Made by a program: the position numbers and the translations under genes. The notes under the pieces were generated by a model. That model was not told the origin of the DNA. It saw only the letters and a list, made by a program, of their open reading frames with translations, and did not search any database. A DNA stretch of 64,000 nt, from the NCBI GenBank assembly GCA_013792055.1, contig VMSQ01000314.1, forward strand, positions 8,876 through 72,875, written 5' to 3'. Shown here piece after piece: positions 8,627-17,908 of the stretch (its first letter is position 1; each line of letters starts with the position of its first letter). The DNA comes from Desulfobacteraceae bacterium (GTDB lineage: Bacteria > Desulfobacterota > Desulfobacteria > Desulfobacterales > ETH-SRB1).

Positions 8627-9757
8627 ATGAATGATCTGTTAATACAGTTTTTATCTAATACCGGCTTTGCGTTAGCTGACTACCGTCATATAATAATGAT
8701 TCTGGTTGGTATAATAATTATTTATCTTGGAGTAGCAAAACAGTATGAGCCGCTTTTGCTTGTACCGATAGGCTTTGGTATGTTGATTGGGAATATCCCG
8801 GTATTTAAGGATTTTGGTCTTGGAATCTATGAAAGCGGAAGCTTTTTGAACTATATATATTATGGCGTAACGCATGATATCTATCCCCCATTGATTTTTT
8901 TAGGTATTGGTGCATTAACTGACTTTTCCGCGATGCTGGCGCGACCTGTATTAATGCTTTTAGGGGCCGCTGCTCAGATCGGTATTTTTGCTACTTTTTT
9001 GGGGGCGCTTGCAATAGGATTCCCCCCAAATGAAGCTGCATCCATCGGCATTATCGGAGGCGCCGACGGACCTACTGCGATTTTTCTTACTGTCATGCTT
9101 GCTCCAAGACTATTAGGACCCATTGCTGTAGCGGCATATTCCTATATGGCCCTGGTGCCGGTAATCCAGCCTCCTATTATGAGACTTCTTACAACTCGTA
9201 AAGAACGGCTCATTAGGATGGAAGAGCCCCGTGAGGTATCAAAGACAGAAAAAATTATTTTCCCCATTGTCGGCTTTTTGCTTTGCTGTTTTTTGGCTCC
9301 TGCCGCATTGCCTTTGCTTGGAATGCTGTTTTTTGGAAACCTCCTAAAGGAATGCGCTGTTGTAGAACGTCTTGCTAAAACCGCTAGAACGTCTTTGATT
9401 GATATTGTAACTATATTATTGGGCGTAACAGTTGGCGCAAGCACCCAGGCCGACGTATTTTTGACTCCTCAATCTATCGGCATTTTTGCGCTGGGTGCAT
9501 TTTCTTTTGCTATTGCAACAGCATCCGGAGTTATATTCGCAAAATTCATGAATCTCTTTATGCGAAAAAAAATCAATCCTCTTATAGGCGCCGCAGGAGT
9601 ATCGGCTGTTCCAAATTCTGCAAGGGTTGTTCAGATGGTTGGACAACGAGAGGACCCAACAAACTTTCTCCTTATGCATGCTATGGCGCCTAACATTTCC
9701 GGTGTTATAGGTTCAGCAATTGCAGCAGGAATTTTATGGGGCTTTATGAGTTCTTGA
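8627..9757 (+). CDS. sodium ion-translocating decarboxylase, beta subunit (OadB/GcdB/MmdB family)
   Basis: 376-aa polytopic membrane protein with the family-typical size and blocks (PIGFGMLIGNIP, IGIIGGADGPTAIF, GAAGVSAVPNSARV). Confidence 0.85.
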   Translation: MNDLLIQFLSNTGFALADYRHIIMILVGIIIIYLGVAKQYEPLLLVPIGFGMLIGNIPVFKDFGLGIYESGSFLNYIYYGVTHDIYPPLIFLGIGALTDFSAMLARPVLMLLGAAAQIGIFATFLGALAIGFPPNEAASIGIIGGADGPTAIFLTVMLAPRLLGPIAVAAYSYMALVPVIQPPIMRLLTTRKERLIRMEEPREVSKTEKIIFPIVGFLLCCFLAPAALPLLGMLFFGNLLKECAVVERLAKTARTSLIDIVTILLGVTVGASTQADVFLTPQSIGIFALGAFSFAIATASGVIFAKFMNLFMRKKINPLIGAAGVSAVPNSARVVQMVGQREDPTNFLLMHAMAPNISGVIGSAIAAGILWGFMSS

Positions 9758-9861
9758 AATTGGTTGACAAAATTTTTTAAAGTTTTTATTTTTTGCATTA
9801 ATTAAAAATATTCAATTTCTGTCATTATATAAAAAAGTCTAAGAAGGTCGGAGGAAATATT

Positions 9862-10563
9862 ATGCTAGTTAAAGGATGGCTATCAAGTCAGGTGATTTCA
9901 GTTGACGAGGAAACTTCTATGATGAAGGCTTATGTCCTGATGAAAGAAAACAATATCCGTCGTCTTCCTGTAGTCCAAAAAGGAAAATTGGTAGGAATCG
10001 TTACTGATACTGATTTAAAAGAAGCCTGTCCATCAACGGCAACTACCTTAGATATATATGAAATAAATTATCTTTTATCAGAAATTAAAGTTAAGGAATC
10101 AATGTCAAAGGACGTAATCTACGTCAAACCCGATGAAACCGTCGAATTTGCAGCGATCTTGATGCTCGAAAACAAAATTTCAGGGCTCCCAGTAGTAAAT
10201 GATCAGGGCAATCTGATAGGAGTTATAACTCAAACAGATATATTCAAAGCGCTGATACATATTTCAGGAGCTTACATTGGCCATATTCAGCTTGCCCTTT
10301 GCCTGGAAGATAGGCCAGGATCGATTAAAGAGGTGGCCGATGTAATTCGAAGTTTTGGCGGTCGCATGGTTAGTATTTTAACCAGTTATGGCCTCGCAGA
10401 TGAAGGTTACAGGAATGTTTACATTCGCATTAAGCCTTTGGAACGAGAAAAACTATCTCAAATGGTCGACATACTGGAAGACAGATTTACAGTGCTTTAT
10501 ACTGCCAAAGAATCACTTGAAGAGGAAAAAGACAGAAGATTTCTCAAAAAATCAAGACTATAA
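9862..10563 (+). CDS. CBS-pair plus ACT-like domain protein
   Basis: 233 aa. Two CBS motifs (IRRLPVV..GKLVGIVTDTD and ISGLPVV..GNLIGVITQTD) are followed by a C-terminal ACT-like region. Paralogous in architecture to 49335..49946. Confidence 0.75.
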   Translation: MLVKGWLSSQVISVDEETSMMKAYVLMKENNIRRLPVVQKGKLVGIVTDTDLKEACPSTATTLDIYEINYLLSEIKVKESMSKDVIYVKPDETVEFAAILMLENKISGLPVVNDQGNLIGVITQTDIFKALIHISGAYIGHIQLALCLEDRPGSIKEVADVIRSFGGRMVSILTSYGLADEGYRNVYIRIKPLEREKLSQMVDILEDRFTVLYTAKESLEEEKDRRFLKKSRL

Positions 10564-10589
10564 GTAGCCATTCACATGGTTCAGGGTTA

Positions 10590-10732
10590 GAGACCTTTTG
10601 AAAAATGTTCAATTTTGTTCAAGTTCAAGGAAGGCGAAAATTTTAAATGCAGGAATACCTTGAGTATTTCGAGGCTTAAAATTTGAGCCTGACGCCAAAA
10701 TTGGGCAAAAGGGGGCGTTTTGCAAAGGTCTC
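10590..10732 (+). repeat. structured intergenic repeat, copy C
   Basis: GAGACCTTTTGAAAAATG...core...CGTTTTGCAAAGGTCTC. It is flanked on both sides by inverted GGTTCAC-type heptamer motifs (10571-10589 and 10733-10757). Confidence 0.85.
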
Positions 10733-10843
10733 GGTCGGTCGGCTTTTAACCGTGAACCTAAGCAGTTACGAAGCCTTCTACCTTTTTATAAAATTTCTTT
10801 CCTATTACCACATGCCTAAAGCCGGCTGTGCGCTGATTTATTC

Positions 10844-11029
10844 TCATTTCTCGGCATTGCCCCATTCTTCATCAGACGATTGACTTACAAACCATATCTG
10901 GCATGACGTCCTGAATTTACAATACATTTCGGGATCACGGCATACAAAACACTTCTCGCACAAATATATATTATGCTTAGAACATATAATTTCTGTTTCT
11001 CGGTCAGGATGATTTATACATTTCCCCAT
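10844..11029 (-). CDS. small Cys/His-rich protein, B-box-like zinc finger
   Basis: 61 aa, CINHPDRETEIICSKHNIYLCEKCFVC, giving the spacing C-x2-H-x8-C-x7-C-x2-C. Confidence 0.5.
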   Translation of the reverse strand: MGKCINHPDRETEIICSKHNIYLCEKCFVCRDPEMYCKFRTSCQIWFVSQSSDEEWGNAEK

Positions 11030-11141
11030 ATCTGTCTCTATTTATATATTTGATATTGGTTTAACTTTGCTTTAAAAATAAATATGTTTTATGTTTAATA
11101 TTACTTTTTTATATTAATCTACTATAACAAAGACTCATATT

Positions 11142-12371
11142 ATGAAAGAGTTTTTCAAAGTAACTGATTTAGAGCATACGCTCAAGTATTCTGCCGTCTT
11201 TCCCAATGTTGGTACCGAATTTATCACTCTGCATGAAGCGTTAGGCAGAATTCTCGCTGATGACATTGTCTCTGACATTAACCTGCCTGATTTTGCGCGT
11301 TCCACTATGGATGGCTATGCAGTTAAAGCTTCATCCACCTTTGGCGCAACCGAAGAAAGTCCAGCATATCTGACAGTCAAAGGTACAGTTGAGATGGGAA
11401 AACCTGCTGCCTTTTCAATAAAGTCCGGCGAAGTTGCCAGGATTTCTACAGGAGGAATGTTGCCCGATGGTTCAGACAGCGTTATTATGGTTGAATATAC
11501 GGAAGTCATAGATAAAAAAAATATAGAAATATACAGAAGCGTTGCACCAGGCCAGCATGTATTGCAAATAGGAGAAGATCTTAAAGAAGGAAATAATGTA
11601 CTCTTGTGCGGCCAGAAACTCAGGCCTCAGGAAATAGGATTGCTTGCCGCTTTAGGCAAAGATTCAGTAAAAGTATATAAAAAACCGGTTATTGGTATTA
11701 TTTCTACTGGAGATGAAATAATACCAATAAATAATATGCCTGACAAAGGCCGGATACGTGATATAAATACCTATACTCTATCAAGCCTGGTACAAAAAGC
11801 AGGTGGAATACCTGTTACTTATGGAATCGTCGGAGACGATTTTGACGCTCTTTTAGAGAAGTGTTCTATCGCAATTGCCCATTCAGATATGGTTTTAATT
11901 TCAGGAGGCAGTTCCGTTGGAACACGGGATTTGACAGTAGAAGTACTTTCCTCTTTGCCGGACTCAGATATTATGGTCCATGGAATTTCCATAAGCCCAG
12001 GCAAGCCGACGATTCTGGCCAGGGCCGGAGATAAAGCTATCTGGGGTTTGCCAGGCCATGTTTTATCAGCCATGATAGTATTTGGAATTGTCATCCGGCC
12101 ATTTATTGAAAAAATAAGCGGCCTTTCCCCGCAGTATAAGAAGGAATTAAGAATACCTGCACTGCTTAGCAGAAACATATCATCCGCTCAGGGACGTATA
12201 GATTATATCCGTGTCAGGCTGATAGAAAAAAACGGTATTGAGTGGGCTGAACCGGTTCTTGGCAAGTCAGGGCTCATAAGCAACCTGACAAAAGCTGACG
12301 GCCTTATCGAAATAGGAATAAATACGGAGGGACTGGATAAAGGCTCAAAGGTTTGGGTTATTCCGGTATAG
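11142..12371 (+). CDS. moeA: molybdopterin molybdotransferase MoeA
   Basis: 409 aa. MoeA blocks are present: STMDGYAV, ISTGGMLP, the GGSSVG...D MoCF-binding domain, ISISPGKP, and a C-terminal beta-barrel. Confidence 0.9.
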   Translation: MKEFFKVTDLEHTLKYSAVFPNVGTEFITLHEALGRILADDIVSDINLPDFARSTMDGYAVKASSTFGATEESPAYLTVKGTVEMGKPAAFSIKSGEVARISTGGMLPDGSDSVIMVEYTEVIDKKNIEIYRSVAPGQHVLQIGEDLKEGNNVLLCGQKLRPQEIGLLAALGKDSVKVYKKPVIGIISTGDEIIPINNMPDKGRIRDINTYTLSSLVQKAGGIPVTYGIVGDDFDALLEKCSIAIAHSDMVLISGGSSVGTRDLTVEVLSSLPDSDIMVHGISISPGKPTILARAGDKAIWGLPGHVLSAMIVFGIVIRPFIEKISGLSPQYKKELRIPALLSRNISSAQGRIDYIRVRLIEKNGIEWAEPVLGKSGLISNLTKADGLIEIGINTEGLDKGSKVWVIPV

Positions 12372-12374
12372 AAA

Positions 12375-14312
12375 ATGAACAACAATCGCAATATATATTT
12401 AAAGATGAAAACCCTGAAAGAGGCACGTAAAATCCTTTTTGATCTTTTTTCTGCAGATAAAGTTCTTCCAACTGAATTTGTTCAGGCCCCTGATTCAGTA
12501 GGAAGAGTGCTCGCAGGAGCGGTAACGGCAAAGGTTTCATCGCCTCATTTTCACTCATGCGCTATGGATGGGATTGCGGTCAAGGCTGAAGACACATTTG
12601 GCGCAAACGAATCAAGTCCAGTGAAACTCACTGTTGGGGGAAACGCATTTTTTGTCAATACCGGAAATGCACTTCCTGAAAATACAAATGCCGTTATTAT
12701 GGTTGAATATATAAATACTATAGATGAAAACTGTCTGGAAATCGAAGCACCGGCATACCCCTGGCAAAACGTCCGCAAGATGGGGGAAGATATAGTAGCA
12801 ACAGAACTGTTGTTCCCCCAAAACCATGTTATTACCCCCTATTGTCTCGGGGCGCTGTTATCCGGAGGTATATTTTCAGTTCCGGTAAAGAAAAAACCAA
12901 AAGTGCTTATTATTCCGACAGGATCAGAAATTGTTAACTGGCGAAATGCTGTAATTGAAGATATTAAGCCGGGTCAGGCTCTTGAAACAAATTCGTTTGT
13001 TCTTGGCAAACTTATTGAATCCTGCGGCGGTTCTTTTATAAGGCATGAGATAATCAAAGATGATATGGAAAAAATAAAGGCTGCTGTTTATGATGCTGTG
13101 AATAGCGACTTTGATATTGTCCTTATTATAGGAGGATCATCCGCCGGATCAGAAGATTATGCAAAAAGCGTAATCAACGATCTGGGGGAAGTACATGTTC
13201 ATGGTGTAACAATAATGCCCGGAAAACCGGTAATAATAGGCTCAATAAATAACAAGCCTGTATTCGGCATGCCTGGATATCAGGTGTCATCAATCGTGGC
13301 ATTTGAACAATTTGTTAAACCTTTGATTTGCAGGATGCTCGAACAGCCTGACAATGAACGAAAAAAAATAAAAGTAGAACTTACACGAAAAATTGCCTCA
13401 AAGCTTGGAGTAGAAGAATTCCTGCGCGTAAAGTTAGGTATTGTCGGCGACAGGATTGTGGCGACTCCTTTGCCGAGAGGTGCCGGCTGCATAACCACCT
13501 TAACTAAGGCGGATGGAATTATTCGAATCCCAAACCATATAGAAGGATTAAACAATTATGAAAATGTCGATGCAGAACTTCTACGTCCTTTGTCTTTTAT
13601 AAAAAATACAATTGTCGCTGTTGGAAGTCATGACAACTCACTTGACATCCTGTCTGATCAGATAAGGTCAAAACACGGCGACATCACACTTTCTTCAAGC
13701 AACGTCGGCAGCATGGGCGGATTGATGGCGATAAAAAAGGGAGTATGTCATCTGGCTGGATCCCACCTTCTAAATGCTGAAGACGGATCTTATAACATAT
13801 CATACATAAAAAAATATTTGCCCGACATCAGCATAAGGCTTGTCAATCTTGTATTCAGGGATCAGGGCTTGATTATACCTCATGGCAATCCAAAGAACAT
13901 AAAAGGTATAGAAGACATTGTACGAGACGATATTGTGTTCATAAACAGGCAAGCTGGATCAGGAACAAGAATTCTTCTTGATTACAGATTGGGACAGCTC
14001 GGCATTGAACCCCGAACAATAAGAGGATATGAAAATGAAGAGTATACACACATGTCTGTGGCAGTAGCAGTACTTAGCGGGGCAGCAGATTTCGGTCTGG
14101 GAATTTATGCTGCGGCAAAAGCACTTAATCTGGATTTTATTCCCGTTGTTACAGAACAGTATGACCTTGTAATCCCAAAAGAACATTTTGAGTCAAAAAA
14201 TATCCGGATTTTGCTTGAAACCATAAACGCTACAAAATTTAAAAAGCGAGTTGAAGCTTTAGGTGGATATCATACTGAACGGACAGGCGAAATTGTTGCG
14301 ACCTTGGACTAA
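12375..14312 (+). CDS. MoeA paralogue fused to a C-terminal periplasmic-binding-protein-like domain
   Basis: 645 aa. The first ~400 aa are MoeA-like (CAMDGIAV, IIGGSSAGSEDY, VTIMPGKP). The C-terminal ~240 aa (VGSHDNSLD...INRQAGSGTR...) resemble PBP/molybdate-binding-type domains. Confidence 0.75.
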   Translation: MNNNRNIYLKMKTLKEARKILFDLFSADKVLPTEFVQAPDSVGRVLAGAVTAKVSSPHFHSCAMDGIAVKAEDTFGANESSPVKLTVGGNAFFVNTGNALPENTNAVIMVEYINTIDENCLEIEAPAYPWQNVRKMGEDIVATELLFPQNHVITPYCLGALLSGGIFSVPVKKKPKVLIIPTGSEIVNWRNAVIEDIKPGQALETNSFVLGKLIESCGGSFIRHEIIKDDMEKIKAAVYDAVNSDFDIVLIIGGSSAGSEDYAKSVINDLGEVHVHGVTIMPGKPVIIGSINNKPVFGMPGYQVSSIVAFEQFVKPLICRMLEQPDNERKKIKVELTRKIASKLGVEEFLRVKLGIVGDRIVATPLPRGAGCITTLTKADGIIRIPNHIEGLNNYENVDAELLRPLSFIKNTIVAVGSHDNSLDILSDQIRSKHGDITLSSSNVGSMGGLMAIKKGVCHLAGSHLLNAEDGSYNISYIKKYLPDISIRLVNLVFRDQGLIIPHGNPKNIKGIEDIVRDDIVFINRQAGSGTRILLDYRLGQLGIEPRTIRGYENEEYTHMSVAVAVLSGAADFGLGIYAAAKALNLDFIPVVTEQYDLVIPKEHFESKNIRILLETINATKFKKRVEALGGYHTERTGEIVATLD

Positions 14313-14726
14313 ATGAAATACGAGACAATAGACCACACAGCCGATTTCGGCATTCGCATTTTTGGAGCTGACGCAAAAGACCTTTTTGCTAACGCCGCAT
14401 TTGCATTATTTGACCTCATTACAGATATCGATGCCTTAAAAGGCTTAAATGAATATAAAGTCCATATAACCGGAGATGACTGGCCTGATACTATGGTAAA
14501 CTGGCTGAGAGAACTCTTATATCTCTGGACATGCAAAGAAATGCTTGTTAAGGCAACAGATATTTTTTACTTAACAGAACATGAAGTTACAGCAAGAGTT
14601 AACTTCGACCTTTTCGATCCTGACCTTCACAAAATCAAAAATGAGATAAAGGCGGTAACATACCACCAGATTCAGGTTGAAAAGGGACCATTGGGATGGG
14701 AATCAAAGATAATATTTGATGTTTAG
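14313..14726 (+). CDS. archease
   Basis: 137 aa starting YETIDHTADFGIRIFG and containing the KAVTYHQ block. It lies immediately upstream of rtcB, the conserved partnership. Confidence 0.9.
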   Translation: MKYETIDHTADFGIRIFGADAKDLFANAAFALFDLITDIDALKGLNEYKVHITGDDWPDTMVNWLRELLYLWTCKEMLVKATDIFYLTEHEVTARVNFDLFDPDLHKIKNEIKAVTYHQIQVEKGPLGWESKIIFDV

Positions 14727-14734
14727 GGGTTATT

Positions 14735-16174
14735 ATGACCATTGAATTAAAAAAGATAGATGAATACCGTTGGGAGCTTCCTAAAAGCGGCGCCATGCGC
14801 GTGCCTGGCATTATATATTCAAGCGCTTCAATGCTTAAAGATAGCAAGCAGGAAGAAGCGTTAAAGCAGGTTGCAAACGTGGCAACGCTTCCCGGCATTT
14901 TAAAGGCATCGTTAGCAATGCCCGATATGCACTGGGGCTATGGTTTTCCTATAGGCGGTGTCGCAGCATTTGACTGGGAGAACGGCATAATCTCACCAGG
15001 CGGAGTAGGATATGATATCAACTGCGGTGTTCGTCTGGCAGCGACTTCCCTTGTTGAAAAGGACGTCAGGCCCAGGCTTGAAGAGCTTATAAATGCGCTT
15101 TACCAAAATATTCCCTCTGGAGTAGGTTCAACAGGTTTTATTAAACTTTCAATCGCAGAAGAAAAAAAAGTTCTTAAAGAAGGAAGCAGATGGGCTGTAA
15201 GGCATGGCTTTGGAGAAGATTCAGATATTGAGCATACAGAAGATAAAGGATGCATGCAAAATGCCGACCCTGAAACTGTAAGTCAAAGGGCGCTGGAAAG
15301 AGGACTAAAGCAGCTTGGCACTTTAGGCTCAGGGAATCATTTTCTTGAAATAGGCGTAGTTGAAAAGATCTTTGATAAAGTTTCCGCTCAGGCATTCGGT
15401 CTCTTTGAAAATCAGGTTACATTGTTGCTTCATTCAGGTTCAAGGGGATTTGGATACCAGGTTTGTGATGACTTTCTCGCATTCATGACAAAACATGTCA
15501 AAAAACTAGGATTTGATCTGCCGGACCGACAGCTTGCCTGCGCTATGATTCAGTCAAAAGAAGGTTTGCGCTATTACAATGCAATGGCCTGTGCTGCAAA
15601 CTATGCATGGGCTAACAGGCAGATTATGCTGCACTTATCCCGTGAGGTTTTTTCAAAAGTTTTTGGTCTGGGGCCAAGAGAGCTTGGCATGAATCTGGTT
15701 TATGATGTATGCCATAACATAGCAAGAAAAGAATATCATATTGTGAATGGGGAAAAACGACCGGTATGCGTGCACAGAAAAGGCGCTACTCGATCCTTTC
15801 CCGCCGGACACGAGGGTCTCTGCGAAAAATACCGCAAAATAGGGCAGCCGATACTTATTCCAGGTGATATGGGAACTGCTTCTTATGTGCTTGTTGGGAC
15901 CGAAAAGGCAATGGAAGAAACCTTTGGGTCAACCTGTCATGGCGCCGGCCGGGTTTTAAGCAGACGGGCCGCTCAAAAAGCCAGTAAAGGCAGAGCTATA
16001 AACCGAGAACTTGAAGATAAAGGTATTCTGGTCAGATGGACCGGCAGATCTACTCTGGCTGAAGAAATGCCCGAAGCTTATAAGGACATTTCCCAGGTAA
16101 TTGAGGTAGTTCATGGGGCAGGGATTTCAAAAAAGGTGGCAAAGTTAAGGCCGATGGCTGTTCTAAAAGGATAA
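14735..16174 (+). CDS. rtcB: RNA 3'-phosphate ligase RtcB
   Basis: 479 aa with RtcB signature blocks (GVGYDINCGVR, GSGNHFLE, GSRGFG, HRKGAT, CHGAGR). Confidence 0.95.
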   Translation: MTIELKKIDEYRWELPKSGAMRVPGIIYSSASMLKDSKQEEALKQVANVATLPGILKASLAMPDMHWGYGFPIGGVAAFDWENGIISPGGVGYDINCGVRLAATSLVEKDVRPRLEELINALYQNIPSGVGSTGFIKLSIAEEKKVLKEGSRWAVRHGFGEDSDIEHTEDKGCMQNADPETVSQRALERGLKQLGTLGSGNHFLEIGVVEKIFDKVSAQAFGLFENQVTLLLHSGSRGFGYQVCDDFLAFMTKHVKKLGFDLPDRQLACAMIQSKEGLRYYNAMACAANYAWANRQIMLHLSREVFSKVFGLGPRELGMNLVYDVCHNIARKEYHIVNGEKRPVCVHRKGATRSFPAGHEGLCEKYRKIGQPILIPGDMGTASYVLVGTEKAMEETFGSTCHGAGRVLSRRAAQKASKGRAINRELEDKGILVRWTGRSTLAEEMPEAYKDISQVIEVVHGAGISKKVAKLRPMAVLKG

Positions 16175-16179
16175 ATAAC

Positions 16180-16227
16180 GGTTCACAGTTCAAGGGTTCA
16201 AGGTTAAAAGCCGACTAACCGTGAACC
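16180..16227. repeat. GGTTCAC-heptamer hairpin after rtcB
   Basis: GGTTCACAGTTCAAGGGTTCAAGGTTAAAAGCCGACTAACCGTGAACC. The ends GGTTCAC/GTGAACC pair. The motif family recurs at 10571-10589, 10733-10757, 37860-37898 and 61381-61406. Confidence 0.65.
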
Positions 16228-16237
16228 TAATACAGGA

Positions 16238-16906
16238 GTGTTAATCAGATATATGTTTTCAATGGAATCTTTCCAGCAAGAATATGAAACCGATACTGTA
16301 GATGTTGCAATAAGGAATCGCAAATTCAGCTTCCTTGTTCCCAAATCACTTGATAGATTTGTTGATCCTGAAAATGTTTTCAATGATTTCCCTTTATGGG
16401 CTAAAATCTGGGAGCCTTCTGTTATTCTGGCGGATTATCTTGCTTCAATGCCTGTAAATCCCGAAAAGAGCTTTCTTGAAATAGGCAGCGGTCTTGGTTT
16501 AGTAGGTATAGTTGCCTCTTCATTCGGCCATAAGGTAACGATGACGGAATACAAGCATGATGCCCTGAATTTTGCGAAAGCCAATGCTCATATAAACGAT
16601 TGCTCAAACCTGAAAATCATGGAACTTGACTGGAACAGACCTGAATTAGAAGGTACTTTCGACAAAATAATAGGGTCAGAGGTAATATATAAGGAACAGA
16701 GCTTTTATCCCATTTTAAGGCTTTTTCAAACCTATCTGAAAGAAGACGGAGAAATAGTGCTGGCAGAAAGGCCCAGGAGGTCAAGTATAGAATTTTTCAG
16801 GCAAATGAGCGAACGCTTTAACGTAAGAGCCCAAAAAAAAATCATCCGCAACGGTTCTGATGAGATCCGTGTAATGATGTGCAGAATGACATTTAAGCGT
16901 ATGTAA
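16238..16906 (+). CDS. class I SAM-dependent methyltransferase (Methyltransf_16-like)
   Basis: 222 aa with the SAM motif I LEIGSGLGLVGI and a downstream acidic motif (VTMTEY). The start codon is uncertain because several Met lie near the N-terminus. Confidence 0.65.
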   Translation: MLIRYMFSMESFQQEYETDTVDVAIRNRKFSFLVPKSLDRFVDPENVFNDFPLWAKIWEPSVILADYLASMPVNPEKSFLEIGSGLGLVGIVASSFGHKVTMTEYKHDALNFAKANAHINDCSNLKIMELDWNRPELEGTFDKIIGSEVIYKEQSFYPILRLFQTYLKEDGEIVLAERPRRSSIEFFRQMSERFNVRAQKKIIRNGSDEIRVMMCRMTFKRM

Positions 16907-16967
16907 AAACAGAAAGTGAATTTAGCTCAGCTTCGCTCTGCAATTGGAATAATGGAATGTTGGAATA

Positions 16968-17801
16968 ATGGAATCACTACAATCTGTAATGTTGGGTATA
17001 ATTCAGGGATTAACTGAGTTTTTGCCTGTCAGCAGTTCCGGGCACCTGGTTTTGCTGCAAAATTTATTCGGCATCACGGAACCGGAGCTGTTATTCGATA
17101 TAAGTCTTCATGTTGGAAGTTTAATGGCTATATTCATAGTTTTTTACCAGGAAATTCGAAACATACTTCAAGCTCTGTTACATCTTCCAGCTTTAATTAA
17201 ATCGTCAGGAAACTTTAAATCGCTTTTTGCTGATAATGAAGAAATAAGAATTTCTGCTTTGATACTTGTCGGAAGTATCCCTACAGCCATTTTAGGAATC
17301 TTATTCCACAAAATTGTCGATCAAATCTTTGGATCCGTATGGATAGTAGGAGTAATGCTTTTAGTAACCGGCACGCTCCTTTGGTTTACCAGGCAGATGA
17401 GTGTTGAAGGACGTCCTCTAATAAAAGTAAGCATTAGAGATGTCCTTATAATTGGGCTGATGCAGGGCATAGCTATAATGCCAGGAATATCACGATCCGG
17501 ATCTACTATATCCATAGCTCTCTTTCTCGGGATAAACCGGGAAATTGCAGGTCGTTATTCTTTTCTTTTATCAATTCCTGCAATACTGGGCGCAATGATA
17601 CTTGGTCTTGATTCAACCATTATCCAAACGAATATCCCCGTAAAAATAATATTGCTGGGGACCCTTACTGCAGGAATTGTTGGTTATATAGCCTTGAAAA
17701 TTTTGCTTCGCCTGGTTAAACAGGGACGACTGTACTATTTTGCACCTTATTGCTGGTTACTTGGGGCTGCAACGCTAATCTGGAGCTTATATAGGCTTTA
17801 A
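16968..17801 (+). CDS. uppP: undecaprenyl-diphosphate phosphatase
   Basis: 277-aa membrane protein with the UppP/BacA motifs LTEFLPVSSSGH and PGISRSGSTI. Confidence 0.92.
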   Translation: MESLQSVMLGIIQGLTEFLPVSSSGHLVLLQNLFGITEPELLFDISLHVGSLMAIFIVFYQEIRNILQALLHLPALIKSSGNFKSLFADNEEIRISALILVGSIPTAILGILFHKIVDQIFGSVWIVGVMLLVTGTLLWFTRQMSVEGRPLIKVSIRDVLIIGLMQGIAIMPGISRSGSTISIALFLGINREIAGRYSFLLSIPAILGAMILGLDSTIIQTNIPVKIILLGTLTAGIVGYIALKILLRLVKQGRLYYFAPYCWLLGAATLIWSLYRL

Positions 17802-17891
17802 GATAAAGATTTTGGGTGCGTTATCGGTCGTCGACGTACGACAAGTACGCCTTCCTCCTTCTAGCCTTCCCAAAATCATTATCTTAAAGCC
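17794..17891. repeat. 98-bp palindromic element spanning the uppP stop codon
   Basis: The 23-nt arms GGCTTTAAGATAAAGATTTTGGG and CCCAAAATCATTATCTTAAAGCC are reverse complements with 1 mismatch, separated by ~52 nt that contain a further GTCGACGTACGAC palindrome. The uppP TAA lies in the left arm. Confidence 0.65.
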
Positions 17892-17908
17892 TATAGAAAG
17901 GAAAATTT

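Noticed and set aside
10683-10883. 66-aa plus-strand ORF from the track
   Set aside because: It begins inside repeat copy C and overlaps the 3' end of the B-box gene antisense. There is no RBS and no family.
11030-11141. Moco riboswitch upstream of moeA
   Set aside because: The leader is short, extremely AT-rich and lacks GC-rich paired segments. Nothing riboswitch-like is visible.
16946-16974. Direct repeat GGAATAATGGAAT x2 at the uppP start
   Set aside because: It is a real 13-nt duplication, but short. It merely creates an alternative out-of-frame ATG, and I see no further significance.
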